Shown: positions 30,385 to 40,700 of the stretch, one piece after another
Layout of the letters: every line of letters begins with the position of its first letter
How positions within the stretch are numbered: position 1 is the first letter of the stretch
Assembly (NCBI GenBank): GCA_041917215.1
Contig: JAYRYC010000001.1
Span: 905,605-969,604 of the forward strand
From: Tagaea sp.
GTDB taxonomy: Bacteria; Pseudomonadota; Alphaproteobacteria; CACIAM-22H2
Reading direction: 5' to 3'
DNA length: 64,000 nt
The notes under the pieces: model-generated
The model's database searches: none
What the model saw: only the letters and a program-made list of their open reading frames with translations
What the model was told of the DNA's origin: nothing
Translations under genes and position numbers: made by a program

Positions 30385-31320
30385 ATGCCGAGCTACACGC
30401 TGGCGCAACTGCGCGCGATGCAGGCCGATCGCCGCTATTGGGACAAGCGCGACCCGGCGAACGCCGATTTCGTCGCGCAAGTCTATCAGGGCTATCGCGA
30501 TCTTTTCGACGAACCGGCCGGGCTCGTTGCCACGCCCGAGCAGGAGGAACAGTCGCGCCGTCTCGAAGAAGATCTGCGCCGCCGCATGGCGCGATCCGAG
30601 TATTGGAATCCGCGCCATGCGGATTACGAGCGCCTGCACGACGATGTCGCGCAAGGTTACGCGAAGCTCTATCCGGCGGCGGCACCGGCCTCACCGATGG
30701 CCGAGCCCGAGCAGACACCGCCGCCCGAACCGGTGAACCTGTTGGAACTGACGCGACGGATGTTGCCCGTAGGTTCAAGCTCTAGAATGAATCTGCAAGA
30801 AGTGAAGCCAAGTTCGGAAAGCAATCTGGTCCTCTCAACAAGTGGATCCCAAATTGCTCTATCGCCATATTGGCAGAAACCTCCAGCACCTGAACCAACG
30901 GTTCCGGAGCGTAGCCCTGTTCCCATGCCGCCAAAGATAATTCACCCCGACATTTCGGCGCCGCCCAATAGCGATCCGAATTTGATCTATTCACCGCTCC
31001 AAGTCGATCCTTCTCAAATTGAGAAACTGTGGAAATTTTTGGATGATCCGGAGTGGGGATATCAGAAGTTCCTCGAAGAGTGGGGCAACAAGAAATGGAA
31101 GGATCCTGTCACCGGGGAGGAGCGCCCATTCACCGAGAAAGAGCTTAGGGACAGTTTCGAGCGGGATCAGGACAAAACAAAAGAGTTTCTTTGGGACTAC
31201 TATCACCGACGAGATTCTGTTTTTCCTGAGGACAAGGAACGCGCATTTCCGCCTGGTGTCGAGGAGCCCAACGAATGGTTCGAACGGGAAGATAAAGAGT
31301 TTGAAGGGCGCTTTGGTTGA
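30385..31320 (+). CDS. hypothetical charged protein with chimeric composition (GC-rich 5' half, ~50% GC 3' half)
   Basis: 311-aa ORF. GC drops sharply from ~nt 30760 onward. The C-terminus is a W/E/K/D-rich low-complexity region. Confidence 0.4.
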   Translation: MPSYTLAQLRAMQADRRYWDKRDPANADFVAQVYQGYRDLFDEPAGLVATPEQEEQSRRLEEDLRRRMARSEYWNPRHADYERLHDDVAQGYAKLYPAAAPASPMAEPEQTPPPEPVNLLELTRRMLPVGSSSRMNLQEVKPSSESNLVLSTSGSQIALSPYWQKPPAPEPTVPERSPVPMPPKIIHPDISAPPNSDPNLIYSPLQVDPSQIEKLWKFLDDPEWGYQKFLEEWGNKKWKDPVTGEERPFTEKELRDSFERDQDKTKEFLWDYYHRRDSVFPEDKERAFPPGVEEPNEWFEREDKEFEGRFG

Positions 31321-31425
31321 ACCGGCTAGATAAATTCATTGCAGTCCTGCGGTTGAGTTCATGACGCAATCGCAGGATATTTTTCTAATATGACTTTGTT
31401 GATATTCGTTGATATTCTTTTTTAC

Positions 31426-31923
31426 ATGAAGAATTGGCAATCTATCTTTAGAAAGCATAGTTGCGCTGGGTACAGAAGATTCGCCGCATATCGGGTTGCA
31501 TGTCGAATCGTGTTGCCTATTTTTTTCGCGCCTTTAGTGGCGTGCGCGCCGTCGGGTATCTATGGGCCCTATGGCTTACCGGTTGAAGTGTATTCGCAGT
31601 GCAATGAGGCCCCGCATCCCGGACCATCCGCCTGTACGCGCGGACCTTTATCGCTCGTTCCGCTCGCCGATCCGCGCGGCTGCGTTCCTTACGCCGCATC
31701 GCGCGAAACGACGCTCGCACGCCGTGCTTCGGTCGAAACGCTCTGCCGCGACAACGTGCTCGATACCGAGGGCCGCGTGTTGGTTTCCAAAGCGCGGCTC
31801 GCCGATCGGATCGAGGCGGCGGAAAGCGCGCGCCGGCTGTCGGGAGATCCGGCGCGCCAGGCGCAGGCCGCAGCCGATCTCGCGGTCTTGCGCGAATTGA
31901 TACCCCAAGCGCCAGCCGAATAG
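31426..31923 (+). CDS. putative Cys-rich lipoprotein (moron or o-spanin candidate)
   Basis: Signal peptide with lipobox-like PLVAC. Start lies in an AT-rich region, and an alternative ATG is present at 31390. Confidence 0.35.
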   Translation: MKNWQSIFRKHSCAGYRRFAAYRVACRIVLPIFFAPLVACAPSGIYGPYGLPVEVYSQCNEAPHPGPSACTRGPLSLVPLADPRGCVPYAASRETTLARRASVETLCRDNVLDTEGRVLVSKARLADRIEAAESARRLSGDPARQAQAAADLAVLRELIPQAPAE

Positions 31924-31965
31924 CGATCTCGCGCGGGCGGCTTCGGCCTGCTAATTTCCCGCGCC

Positions 31966-32313
31966 ATGGCGACTCCGATCTATCACATGTGCCGCGCCGA
32001 CGAATGGGATGCCGCCCAGGCGTCGGGTTCCTATGCCGGCTCCTCGCAGGACAAGGCCGACGGCTTCATCCATTTCTCGACCGCCGAACAGATCGTCGTG
32101 TCGGCGGCGAAGCATCGCGCCGGGCAGGATAATCTGGTGCTGATCGAGGTGCCCGACGCGGCGTTGGGCGACGCGCTCAAATGGGAAGTCTCGCGCGGCG
32201 GCGCGCTGTTCCCGCATCTCTACGGCGCGCTCGATATTGCCAAAGTCGCGCGCCACGCGCCGCTGAAACTCGGGCCCGACGGGCTGCATATCTTCCCCTG
32301 GGGGCTGGCATGA
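31966..32313 (+). CDS. DUF952 domain protein
   Basis: MATPIYHMCRADEWDAAQASGSY...GFIHFSTAEQ matches the conserved DUF952 family. Overlaps the pyrD start. Confidence 0.7.
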   Translation: MATPIYHMCRADEWDAAQASGSYAGSSQDKADGFIHFSTAEQIVVSAAKHRAGQDNLVLIEVPDAALGDALKWEVSRGGALFPHLYGALDIAKVARHAPLKLGPDGLHIFPWGLA

Positions 32314-33368
32314 GCGTTTTCTACAAACTGATCCGCCCGTTCCTGCACGCCTTCGACGCGGAAACGGCGCATGGTTTGTCGATCACGGCGCTGAAGCATG
32401 GCTTGGTGCCGCTGCCCGCCCCGGTCGACGAGCCGTCGTTGCGCGTCAAGCTTTGGGGGCTCGATTTTCCGCATCCGATCGGCCTTGCCGCCGGGCTCGA
32501 CAAACATATCGAGGTGCCGGATGCGTTGCTCGCCCAAGGCTTCGGCTTCGTCGAAGTCGGCTCGGTCACGCCCAAGCCGCAAACCGGCAATCCGCGCCCG
32601 CGCCTGTTCCGCCTGACCGAGGACGAGGCGGTCATCAACCGCTTCGGCTTCAATTCCTGCGGACTCGATGCGGCGGCGGGACGCCTCGCGGCGCGTGCGC
32701 GGCGCGGCATCGTCGGCATCAATCTCGGCAAGAACAAGGAAACGCCGGACGCGGCCGACGATTACGTCAAGCTGATCGCCGGTTTGGGGCCGCACGCCGA
32801 TTACGTCGTGTGCAACGTCTCCTCGCCCAACACGCCGGGTCTGCGCGCCCTGCAAAGCCGCGAACAGCTCGACGCGATCGTGGTGCGCGTGCAAGCGGCG
32901 ATGGACGCCTTGCCGGTCGATCCCAAGCCGCCGCTCGTGTTCAAGATCGCGCCCGATCTGACCGACGCGGATTTGGAGGACGTGGTCCGCGTGGCGCTCG
33001 ATCGCGGCCTTGCCGGACTCGTCGTCGGCAACACCACCTTGTCGCGGCCGGAAAGCTTGCGTTCGCCCCACGCCAAGGAAAGCGGCGGACTGTCGGGCAA
33101 GCCGCTTTTTCCGCTGGCGACGGCGGTGCTGCAAAAGACCTATCGCTTGGCGGGCGGAAAAATTCCGCTGATCGGCGTGGGCGGCGTGTCGGACGCGCGC
33201 ACGGCCTATGCCAAGATCCGGGCGGGGGCGAGCCTCGTGCAGCTCTATTCGGCCTTGGTTTATCAAGGTCCGGACCTTGCCGTGCGGATCGCCCGGCAAT
33301 TGCCTTCCCTGCTGAAGGCGGATGGTTACGCCCATGTGTCGGAGGCCGTCGGCGCCGATTGCCGTTGA
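32310..33368 (+). CDS. pyrD: dihydroorotate dehydrogenase (quinone)
   Basis: FGFVEVGSVTPKPQTGNPRPRLFRL and GINLGKNK motifs, ~352 aa, class 2 DHODH. Confidence 0.92.
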   Translation: MSVFYKLIRPFLHAFDAETAHGLSITALKHGLVPLPAPVDEPSLRVKLWGLDFPHPIGLAAGLDKHIEVPDALLAQGFGFVEVGSVTPKPQTGNPRPRLFRLTEDEAVINRFGFNSCGLDAAAGRLAARARRGIVGINLGKNKETPDAADDYVKLIAGLGPHADYVVCNVSSPNTPGLRALQSREQLDAIVVRVQAAMDALPVDPKPPLVFKIAPDLTDADLEDVVRVALDRGLAGLVVGNTTLSRPESLRSPHAKESGGLSGKPLFPLATAVLQKTYRLAGGKIPLIGVGGVSDARTAYAKIRAGASLVQLYSALVYQGPDLAVRIARQLPSLLKADGYAHVSEAVGADCR

Positions 33369-33404
33369 CCGAATCGGCCCGGCTTGGGATACCGGAACGG
33401 TCCC

Positions 33405-34547
33405 ATGAACAAGATGCCGCATATTCTCGCCGGTCTCGCCTATCTGCTGGGCGGGCTGGCGCTTGCGCTGGGCGTAAGTCCGCTTTGGGGCCTCGCCGGC
33501 TTCGCGGCCGCCGTGGCCCTGCATGGCATTTGGTGGGGCTTGGTTCTCGCGGGCCATCTTGAGACCGCGCAAGCGCGGATCGGCGAATTGCGCCGCGACG
33601 TCAAATTCGCGCGCGAGGAAATCCAAAGCGTGCTTGAGGCCATCGAAAGCATGGCGAGCAAGAACGCCGAAATGGCGAATGTGTCGACCGAGCTGCGCTT
33701 CCTGAAAGGCTTGGTCGAGCAATTGTCGGGCAAGCCGATCACGCTGCCCGGCGAAGCGCCGCATCCCAAGGCGCCGCCCAAGCCCAATCTGCCCGACGCG
33801 CAGGTGCTCGACATCGTGCGCGAGGCGTTGCGCGAAGGCCGCGTCGATCTCTATTTGCAGCCGATCGTCGATCTGCCGCAGCGCCGCCGCCGCCACTACG
33901 AATGCTTCTCGCGCGTGCGCGGGCCCGACGGCACAATGATCGGCCCGGATTCCTATCTGGCGCTGGCCGAGGCGTATGGCCTCGTCGCCGCGATCGACAA
34001 CATGCTGCTGTTCCGCGGCGTGCAGCTCGTGCGCCGCGTGCAGGGCCGCGGCGGTGCCGGGGCGGGGACGGGCATCTTCGTCAATATCTCGCAGCACACG
34101 CTGGCGGATAAGCGCTTCTTCGACGAGTTCGTCGCCTTCATGGCGCAGAATCGCGATCTCGCCCCCAATCTCGTGTTCGAGTTGGCGGAAGCGCAAGCCC
34201 GCCGCCTGACCGAGGAACAATGGAAGGCGCTCGCGCAATTGGCCGCGCACGGCTTCCGCTTCTCGATGGATCAGGTGGTCGAGCCCGCCACGCTCGATCC
34301 CGTGGCGCTCGCCCAGCACAGCTTCCGCTTCATCAAGGTCGAAGCGCGCAAGATGGTGGAATTCGCGTCCGCCGGCGGCGGGCTTGCCTTCACGAGGCTG
34401 CGCCAAGGCTTGCTCGATTCACGCGTCGACCTCATCGTCGACAAGATCGAAAGCGAGCAAGTATTGCTCGAAGTGCTGGAACTCGATGCCAGCTACGGCC
34501 AGGGCTATCTTTTCGGCGAGCCCAAGCCGCTCAAGGAATCTCAATGA
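33405..34547 (+). CDS. membrane-anchored EAL-domain cyclic-di-GMP phosphodiesterase
   Basis: Two N-terminal TM segments, a coiled coil, then an EAL domain (YLQPIVDL..., ...YGQGYLFGEP). Confidence 0.8.
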   Translation: MNKMPHILAGLAYLLGGLALALGVSPLWGLAGFAAAVALHGIWWGLVLAGHLETAQARIGELRRDVKFAREEIQSVLEAIESMASKNAEMANVSTELRFLKGLVEQLSGKPITLPGEAPHPKAPPKPNLPDAQVLDIVREALREGRVDLYLQPIVDLPQRRRRHYECFSRVRGPDGTMIGPDSYLALAEAYGLVAAIDNMLLFRGVQLVRRVQGRGGAGAGTGIFVNISQHTLADKRFFDEFVAFMAQNRDLAPNLVFELAEAQARRLTEEQWKALAQLAAHGFRFSMDQVVEPATLDPVALAQHSFRFIKVEARKMVEFASAGGGLAFTRLRQGLLDSRVDLIVDKIESEQVLLEVLELDASYGQGYLFGEPKPLKESQ

Positions 34548-35404
34548 CGCAAGCGTTGGACGGTTTGGGACCGGTCGTCGACCGGTACGACGTGTTTTTG
34601 CTCGACATGTGGGGCTGCATCCACGATGGCGTGCGCGTGTTTCCGGGGGTGGCCGATTTTCTGACGCGCATTCGCGCCAAGGGCAAGAAGGCGATCGTGC
34701 TGTCCAACGCGCCGCGCCGCGTGCCCGTGCTGGTGAAGCAGATGCCGGGCTACGGCGTGTCGGCCGATCAATTCGACGCGATCGTCACCTCGGGCGAGGA
34801 TACGTGGCGCGCGCTCGCCGCGAAGAAGCATGGGCTGGGCCCGCGTTTCTATCATATCGGCCAGGACGCGAATTTGACCGACCCGGCCGAGATTGGCTTG
34901 CGTGAAGTGGCCACGCTCGCCGATTGCGATTTCATCCTCGCCTCGGGCGCGGCGGGCGACGGCACGCTGGAGATGGACAAGCTCCAGCCCATCCTCGCCG
35001 ACGGTGTCGCGCGCGGCTTGACGATGGTATGCGCCAATCCCGATCTGGAAGTCTTGCGCGGCGAGGATCGCTATCTTTGCGCGGGCACGGCCGCCGCCGC
35101 TTACGAAGCGTTGGGCGGCACGGTGCATTATCACGGCAAGCCGCATCGCGGCGTCTACGAATGGGCGCTGGAACTCGCGGGCAATCCCGATCGCCGGCGC
35201 GTGATCGGGGTGGGCGACGCGATGCGCACCGATGTCGCCGGCGGGCGCAAGGCCGGGATCGATCAAGCCTTCATCCCCGGCGGCATTCACGCCGTCGCGT
35301 TGGGATCGCCGATGGGCACGCTACCGACGGCCGAACGAATGGCGGCTTTGTCGGCCGAGTTCGGCTTCGCGCCGACCTATATGTTGGCCGAATTGCGCTG
35401 GTAA
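34544..35404 (+). CDS. HAD-superfamily class IIA hydrolase (TIGR01459-like)
   Basis: YDVFLLDMWGCIHDG (DxWG nucleophile motif) ... GVGDAMRTDVAGG. ATGA overlap with the EAL gene. Confidence 0.75.
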   Translation: MTQALDGLGPVVDRYDVFLLDMWGCIHDGVRVFPGVADFLTRIRAKGKKAIVLSNAPRRVPVLVKQMPGYGVSADQFDAIVTSGEDTWRALAAKKHGLGPRFYHIGQDANLTDPAEIGLREVATLADCDFILASGAAGDGTLEMDKLQPILADGVARGLTMVCANPDLEVLRGEDRYLCAGTAAAAYEALGGTVHYHGKPHRGVYEWALELAGNPDRRRVIGVGDAMRTDVAGGRKAGIDQAFIPGGIHAVALGSPMGTLPTAERMAALSAEFGFAPTYMLAELRW

Positions 35405-35587
35405 ACCCGAGTCGTCGCGAATCCCCAAATATGGGGGTGTAACGGCGACTTACCCACAAGCTGTCGATAAGTGCGATTCGCTGCGGCGAATCAACCCCTT
35501 GTCATCGCCGCGCCATGTGCTCGAGTCGGAGGCCTATTTTGGGGCCCCGAACGCCCCTTAAGATCATGAAATCAGGGGAGTAGAGCC

Positions 35588-37738
35588 ATGGCCGATTTCG
35601 CGCGTCCCGACCTGGCGCAATGGGAAAAGCTGGCGTCCGCCGAGTTGAAGGGCGCGGCGAGCGATTCGCTGACCTGGACGACCCCCGAAGGCATCAAGGT
35701 CAAACCGCTCTACACCCAAGACGACCTCGCCGGCCTCGAACATGTCGGCGGCATGCCGGGCTTTGCGCCTTATGTGCGCGGGCCCCGCGCCACGATGTAC
35801 GCGAACCGCCCGTGGACGATCCGCCAATATGCCGGCTTCTCGACCGCCGAAGAGTCGAACGCCTTCTATCGCCGCGCGCTGGCGGCGGGCCAAGCGGGTT
35901 TGTCGGTCGCGTTCGATCTCGCCACGCATCGCGGCTACGACAGCGATCATCCGCGCGTCGTGGGCGACGTGGGCAAGGCCGGCGTGGCGATCGATTCCGT
36001 CGAGGACATGAAAATCCTGTTCGACGGCATCCCGCTCGACAAGATGTCCGTGTCGATGACCATGAACGGCGCGGTGCTGCCCGTGCTGGCGTCGTTCATC
36101 GTCGCGGGCGAGGAGCAGGGTGTCGATCAAGCCAAGCTTTCCGGCACGATCCAGAACGACATCCTCAAAGAATTCATGGTGCGGAATACGTATATCTATC
36201 CGCCCGCACCCTCCATGCGCATCGTGGCCGACATCATCGAGCACACGGCCAAGCGCATGCCCAAGTTCAACTCGATCTCGATCAGCGGCTACCACATGCA
36301 GGAAGCCGGGGCGACCTGCGTGCAGGAACTCGCCTTCACGCTGGCCGATGGCCTGGAGTATGTCCGCGCGGCGCTGTCGAAGGGGCTCGATGTCGACGCC
36401 TTCGCACCGCGCCTGTCGTTCTTCTTCGCGATCGGCATGAACTTCTTCATGGAGATCGCCAAGCTGCGCGCCGCCCGTCTGCTGTGGGCCGAGCTGATGC
36501 GGGACTTCAATCCGAAGAAGGCCGACAGCTTGGCGCTGCGCACCCATTGCCAAACGTCCGGCGTGTCGCTGACCGAGCAGGATCCCTACAACAACGTCGT
36601 GCGCACGGCGATCGAAGCGATGGCCGCCGCGTTGGGCGGTACCCAATCGCTGCACACGAATTCCTTCGACGAAGCCTTGGCGTTGCCCACCCCGTTCAGC
36701 GCCCGCATCGCGCGCAACACGCAGCTGATCCTTCAGGAAGAGACGGGCATCACCAAGGTGGTCGATCCGCTGGCCGGGTCCTACTACGTCGAAAGCCTGA
36801 CCGCCTCGATCGCTTCTCATGCGCGCGCGTTGATCGGCGAGGTCGAAGCGCTGGGCGGCATGACCAAGGCCGTGGAAAGCGGCATGCCCAAGCTGAAGAT
36901 CGAGGAATCGGCGGCGCTGCGCCAAGCGCGCGTCGATCGTGGCGAGGAGACGATCGTCGGCGTCAACAAATATAAGGTCGAAAATCCCGAGAAGGTCGAC
37001 ATTCTCGACATCGACAATACCGCCGTGCGCGAAGCGCAGGTGAAGCGCCTCAAAGACGTCCGCGCCAAGCGCGACGAGGCGAGATGCCGCGAGACGCTGG
37101 AAGCGCTGACGCGCGCGGCCAGCGGCGGCAACGGCAATCTGCTGGAGCTGTCGATCGAAGCGATGCGCGCGCGCGCCACGGTGGGCGAAGTCTCCGACGC
37201 GTTGGAGAAAGTCTATACCCGTCATCGCGCGACGATCCGTTCGGTCACCGGCATTTACGGCTCGGCCTATGACGGCGACGAAGGCTTCGCGAAGATCAAG
37301 ACCGACGTCGCCGCCTTCGCGGCCGAGGAAGGCCGCCGCCCGCGCATGCTGGTGGTGAAGCTCGGCCAAGACGGCCATGACCGCGGCGCCAAAGTGATCG
37401 CGACGGCCTTCGCCGATATCGGCTTCGACGTGGACGTGGGCCCGCTGTTCCAAACGCCGGACGAAGCCGCGCGCCAAGCGGTCGAGAACGACGTGCATGT
37501 GATCGGCGTGTCGTCGCAAGCGGCGGGCCACAAGACGCTGGTGCCCGCGTTGATCGACGCGCTGAAGGGCCGCAAGGCCGACGACATTCTGGTCGTGTGC
37601 GGCGGGGTGATCCCGCCGCAGGATTACGACGAACTCCTGAAACAAGGTGTGGCGGCCATCTACGGCCCCGGCACCAACATTCCGCACGCGGCGGCCGAAG
37701 TGCTCGGCCTGATCCGGCGGCGCAAACGGGCGGCATAG
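35588..37738 (+). CDS. methylmalonyl-CoA mutase, large (alpha) subunit with C-terminal B12-binding domain
   Basis: 716 aa. Canonical N-terminus ([47 protein letters not shown]) and a C-terminal B12-binding domain ([13 protein letters not shown]). Confidence 0.93.
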   Translation: MADFARPDLAQWEKLASAELKGAASDSLTWTTPEGIKVKPLYTQDDLAGLEHVGGMPGFAPYVRGPRATMYANRPWTIRQYAGFSTAEESNAFYRRALAAGQAGLSVAFDLATHRGYDSDHPRVVGDVGKAGVAIDSVEDMKILFDGIPLDKMSVSMTMNGAVLPVLASFIVAGEEQGVDQAKLSGTIQNDILKEFMVRNTYIYPPAPSMRIVADIIEHTAKRMPKFNSISISGYHMQEAGATCVQELAFTLADGLEYVRAALSKGLDVDAFAPRLSFFFAIGMNFFMEIAKLRAARLLWAELMRDFNPKKADSLALRTHCQTSGVSLTEQDPYNNVVRTAIEAMAAALGGTQSLHTNSFDEALALPTPFSARIARNTQLILQEETGITKVVDPLAGSYYVESLTASIASHARALIGEVEALGGMTKAVESGMPKLKIEESAALRQARVDRGEETIVGVNKYKVENPEKVDILDIDNTAVREAQVKRLKDVRAKRDEARCRETLEALTRAASGGNGNLLELSIEAMRARATVGEVSDALEKVYTRHRATIRSVTGIYGSAYDGDEGFAKIKTDVAAFAAEEGRRPRMLVVKLGQDGHDRGAKVIATAFADIGFDVDVGPLFQTPDEAARQAVENDVHVIGVSSQAAGHKTLVPALIDALKGRKADDILVVCGGVIPPQDYDELLKQGVAAIYGPGTNIPHAAAEVLGLIRRRKRAA

Positions 37739-37741
37739 CAA

Positions 37742-40700
37742 ATGAGCGAGAACGACAACAACTCCGGTCCCGGTTCCCAGCGTCTGCGCGTGTTGAGCGG
37801 TGCCGCCGAGCGCGAGCAGGAACGCTTGCGCGCGGCGAACGATCCCGCCGGCCCGGTCTACGAACCGCTCGCCCCCGCCGGCAAGCGCACGATGGCGGCG
37901 GCCTTGGCCGCCTCGGCCGTGTGGTCCGTCGCCGTGCTTTGGTACGCGATCGCCTATATCGGCCTGGGCGCCTTCGCGTCGATGTTGCCGCACGAGCTGG
38001 GCGCTTTCGTCGCGGGTGCGACGATGCCGCTGCTCGTGCTGTGGTTCGTGCTCGGCTATCGCGCGCGCGGCCAGGACCTCGTGCGCCATGCCCGCGCGCT
38101 CGAAGTGCGCTTGGCCGAACTCGTCTATCCCGCCGATCAGGCGGATTCGAAGCTGCAATCCATCGCCGTCACGCTGCACGACCAGGCGCGCGCATTGACC
38201 GATGCGTCGGACGCCGCAACGCGCCGTTTGGCCGAAGCGCGCCAAGGCCTGGCGAGCCAGGCGGGCGAGCTCACGACCGTGTCCGATCAGGCCGCGACGC
38301 GCGCCATGCAGGTGATGGCCGGTTTGCGCCGTCACGCCGAAGGGCTCGAGCGCGTCACCGGTTTGCTGACCAGCCGCGTGCAGATCGTCGAGGCCGCCGT
38401 GCGCGAACAGGCCGAGGCGCTGTCGGGCGCTTCCGACCGCGCGATGTCGCAATCGCGCGAGATCAACGCGACCCTGCGCGAGCAGGTGGAACGCCTTGCC
38501 GCGACGAACGAGAAAACCGCCGCGAATGCGGGTGCCATCCGCGAAGCCTTGCGCGAACAGTCGCAGGATCTGGCCGAGACGACCGAGCGCGCGCGCAGCC
38601 GCGCGGCGGAAATTCGCGCCATCCTCGCCGACCAGACCGGCGCCTTGGTCGAGGCGACCGAAAAGGCGCTCGACCGCGCGCGCGAAGTGGGCGATTTGCT
38701 GCGCCGACAGGCCGAGGCGTTCGTCGACGCGACCGAAACCGCCGAAGGCCGCGCCAGTTCGGCGTCGGTCGAAATCGGCTCGGCCAAGCGCCAGGCCGAG
38801 GCGGCGGGTGAAGCGCTCGCCGAAATGGCCGATCGCTTGATCGAAACCGCGCGCGATCTCGCCAAGCAATCCGACGCGACGCAATCCACGCTGCGCCACC
38901 AGATCGAAGCGCTGGCCGACGCCTCGGGTGCGGCCGAGGGCAAGATCGTCGCGGCGGGCGATTTGATCCGCTCGCGCACCGAGGATGTCGCCAACGCGTC
39001 GACCCGCATGAGCGAGGTCGCGACCACGCTGGGCGGCGAAACGCGCGCGATGCAAAGCACGCTCGAACGCCTCACCGCGCGCACCGAAGCCTCGACCGAA
39101 TCCGTGCGCCGCCAAAGCCACGAACTAGCCACCGCCGCCGATCAGGCGGTTGTGCGCGTGCGCGCGGCGGGCGAAACCTTCCAAACGCAATCGCGCGAAC
39201 TCGCAGACGCGGCCGGCCAAGCCTTGGCGCGCGTTGGTGCTGCGAATGCCGGCTTCTCCGAAGCCGCGCGCGATCTGGCGCTGGCGGGCGAAGCCGTCGA
39301 AGCCAAGGCCGCCGCGATCGGCGAGGATTTGCGCCGCCACGGCTCGGGCCTGATCGAGTCGGCCGACACGGCCGGACGCACGGGCATCGAAGCGGGCCAG
39401 CGCCTGTCGCGCGAGGTCGAATCCTTGCTGCGCACCGCCGGCGCCTTGTCGGCCGAAGCGCAAGCGGCCGAAACGCTGCTGCAATCGGAAAACCATGCGC
39501 TGGCCGAAGCCGCCGCGCGCGCCAAGGCGACGGTGGACGCCGCCGGGGCGGCGTTGCGCGTGCGCTCGGAAGAACTCGACGCGGTCAATCGCCGCGTGGG
39601 CGAATCCCACGCGACGTTGGAAACGACCGCGCAGCGCGGCCAGGAAGCTTTGGACCGCGTGGCGTCGCGCATCGACGCCTCGGCCGAAGTCGCGCGCCGC
39701 CGCTCCGACGAATTGGTCGTTGCCGCCGATCAAGCGGCCCAGCGCGTGCGCGCGACGAGCGAAGGCTTCCGCGTCCATACGCAGGATATGACCCATTCGG
39801 CGGAGCTGTCGCTCGCTCGCGCGACGGAATTGGGCGAAACACTCAAGCGCCGCGCGGACGAGATCGACGGGGCGACCGAGCGCACGACCCAGCGCATGGA
39901 TACGCTCGCCGCGGCGTTGCGCGACGGCGCGGTGGCGCTGGGCGATACGGCCAGCGAGGTCGCGCACAAGCTCGGCAATTCGGGCGAAGCGGTGCGCCAG
40001 CGCACCGAAGCGCTGGAACGCGCGGCCGATACGGCGCTGGATCGCATGGGCGATGCCGCCGCCGAGATCGAGCGTAAGGCCAAGGACCTCGACGCGACCG
40101 CGTTGTCGGCGCAAGACCGCTTGAACGAAACCGCCGAAGCCTTGCGCGCGCGCGGAGCCGAATCCGAAAACGCCGTCGCGTCGGCCGTGCGCCGCTTGGA
40201 TGCGGCGACGCAAGCGCTGGCCGACGATGCGCGCGAAGTCTCCGCCGCCCTCGACCGGACGGGGGCGCGCATCGAAGCGAATTCCGACGCCGCGAAGCGC
40301 GAGACCGAGCAGCTCGGCCTCGCCGCCGATCAGGCGGGTTCGCGCATGCGCCAAGCGGGCGAAACCTTCCGCGACCAGACGCTGTCGCTGACCCGCGCGG
40401 CCGAACTCGGTATCGAGCGCGCCGACGCTTACGCCGATACGCTGCGTTTGCGCACCGAAGAACTCGCCGCCGCCGATCGCGCGACGGGCGAGCGCTTGGA
40501 AGCGCTGGGCGAAACCTTGGCCCAGCGCACGCAGGCTTTGTCCGACGCCGCGTCGGAAACGGCGCAAACGCTCGACCGTTCGGGCGAAGCCGTGCGCTTG
40601 AAGACGGCGGCACTGGACGATACGGCGGCGAACGCGCAAGCGCGCCTGTCGGCGGCGGCGCAGGATATCGACGCGCGCGCGCGCGAACTCGAAAGCACGT

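Noticed and set aside
15500-32000. tRNA gene or direct-repeat att sites flanking the phage-like island
   Set aside because: No tRNA-like sequence was recognised at either border. The 22-bp motif at 15515/15785 is an inverted repeat confined to one border, and it does not recur near 31.9 kb.
31951-32289. 112-aa minus-strand ORF
   Set aside because: It is antisense to the conserved DUF952 gene and has low-complexity Arg-rich composition.
35405-35587. Possible cobalamin riboswitch upstream of the B12-dependent methylmalonyl-CoA mutase
   Set aside because: No B12-box-like conserved core is visible. Only a short CCCCA/TGGGG hairpin is present, which is more consistent with a weak terminator or plain spacer.
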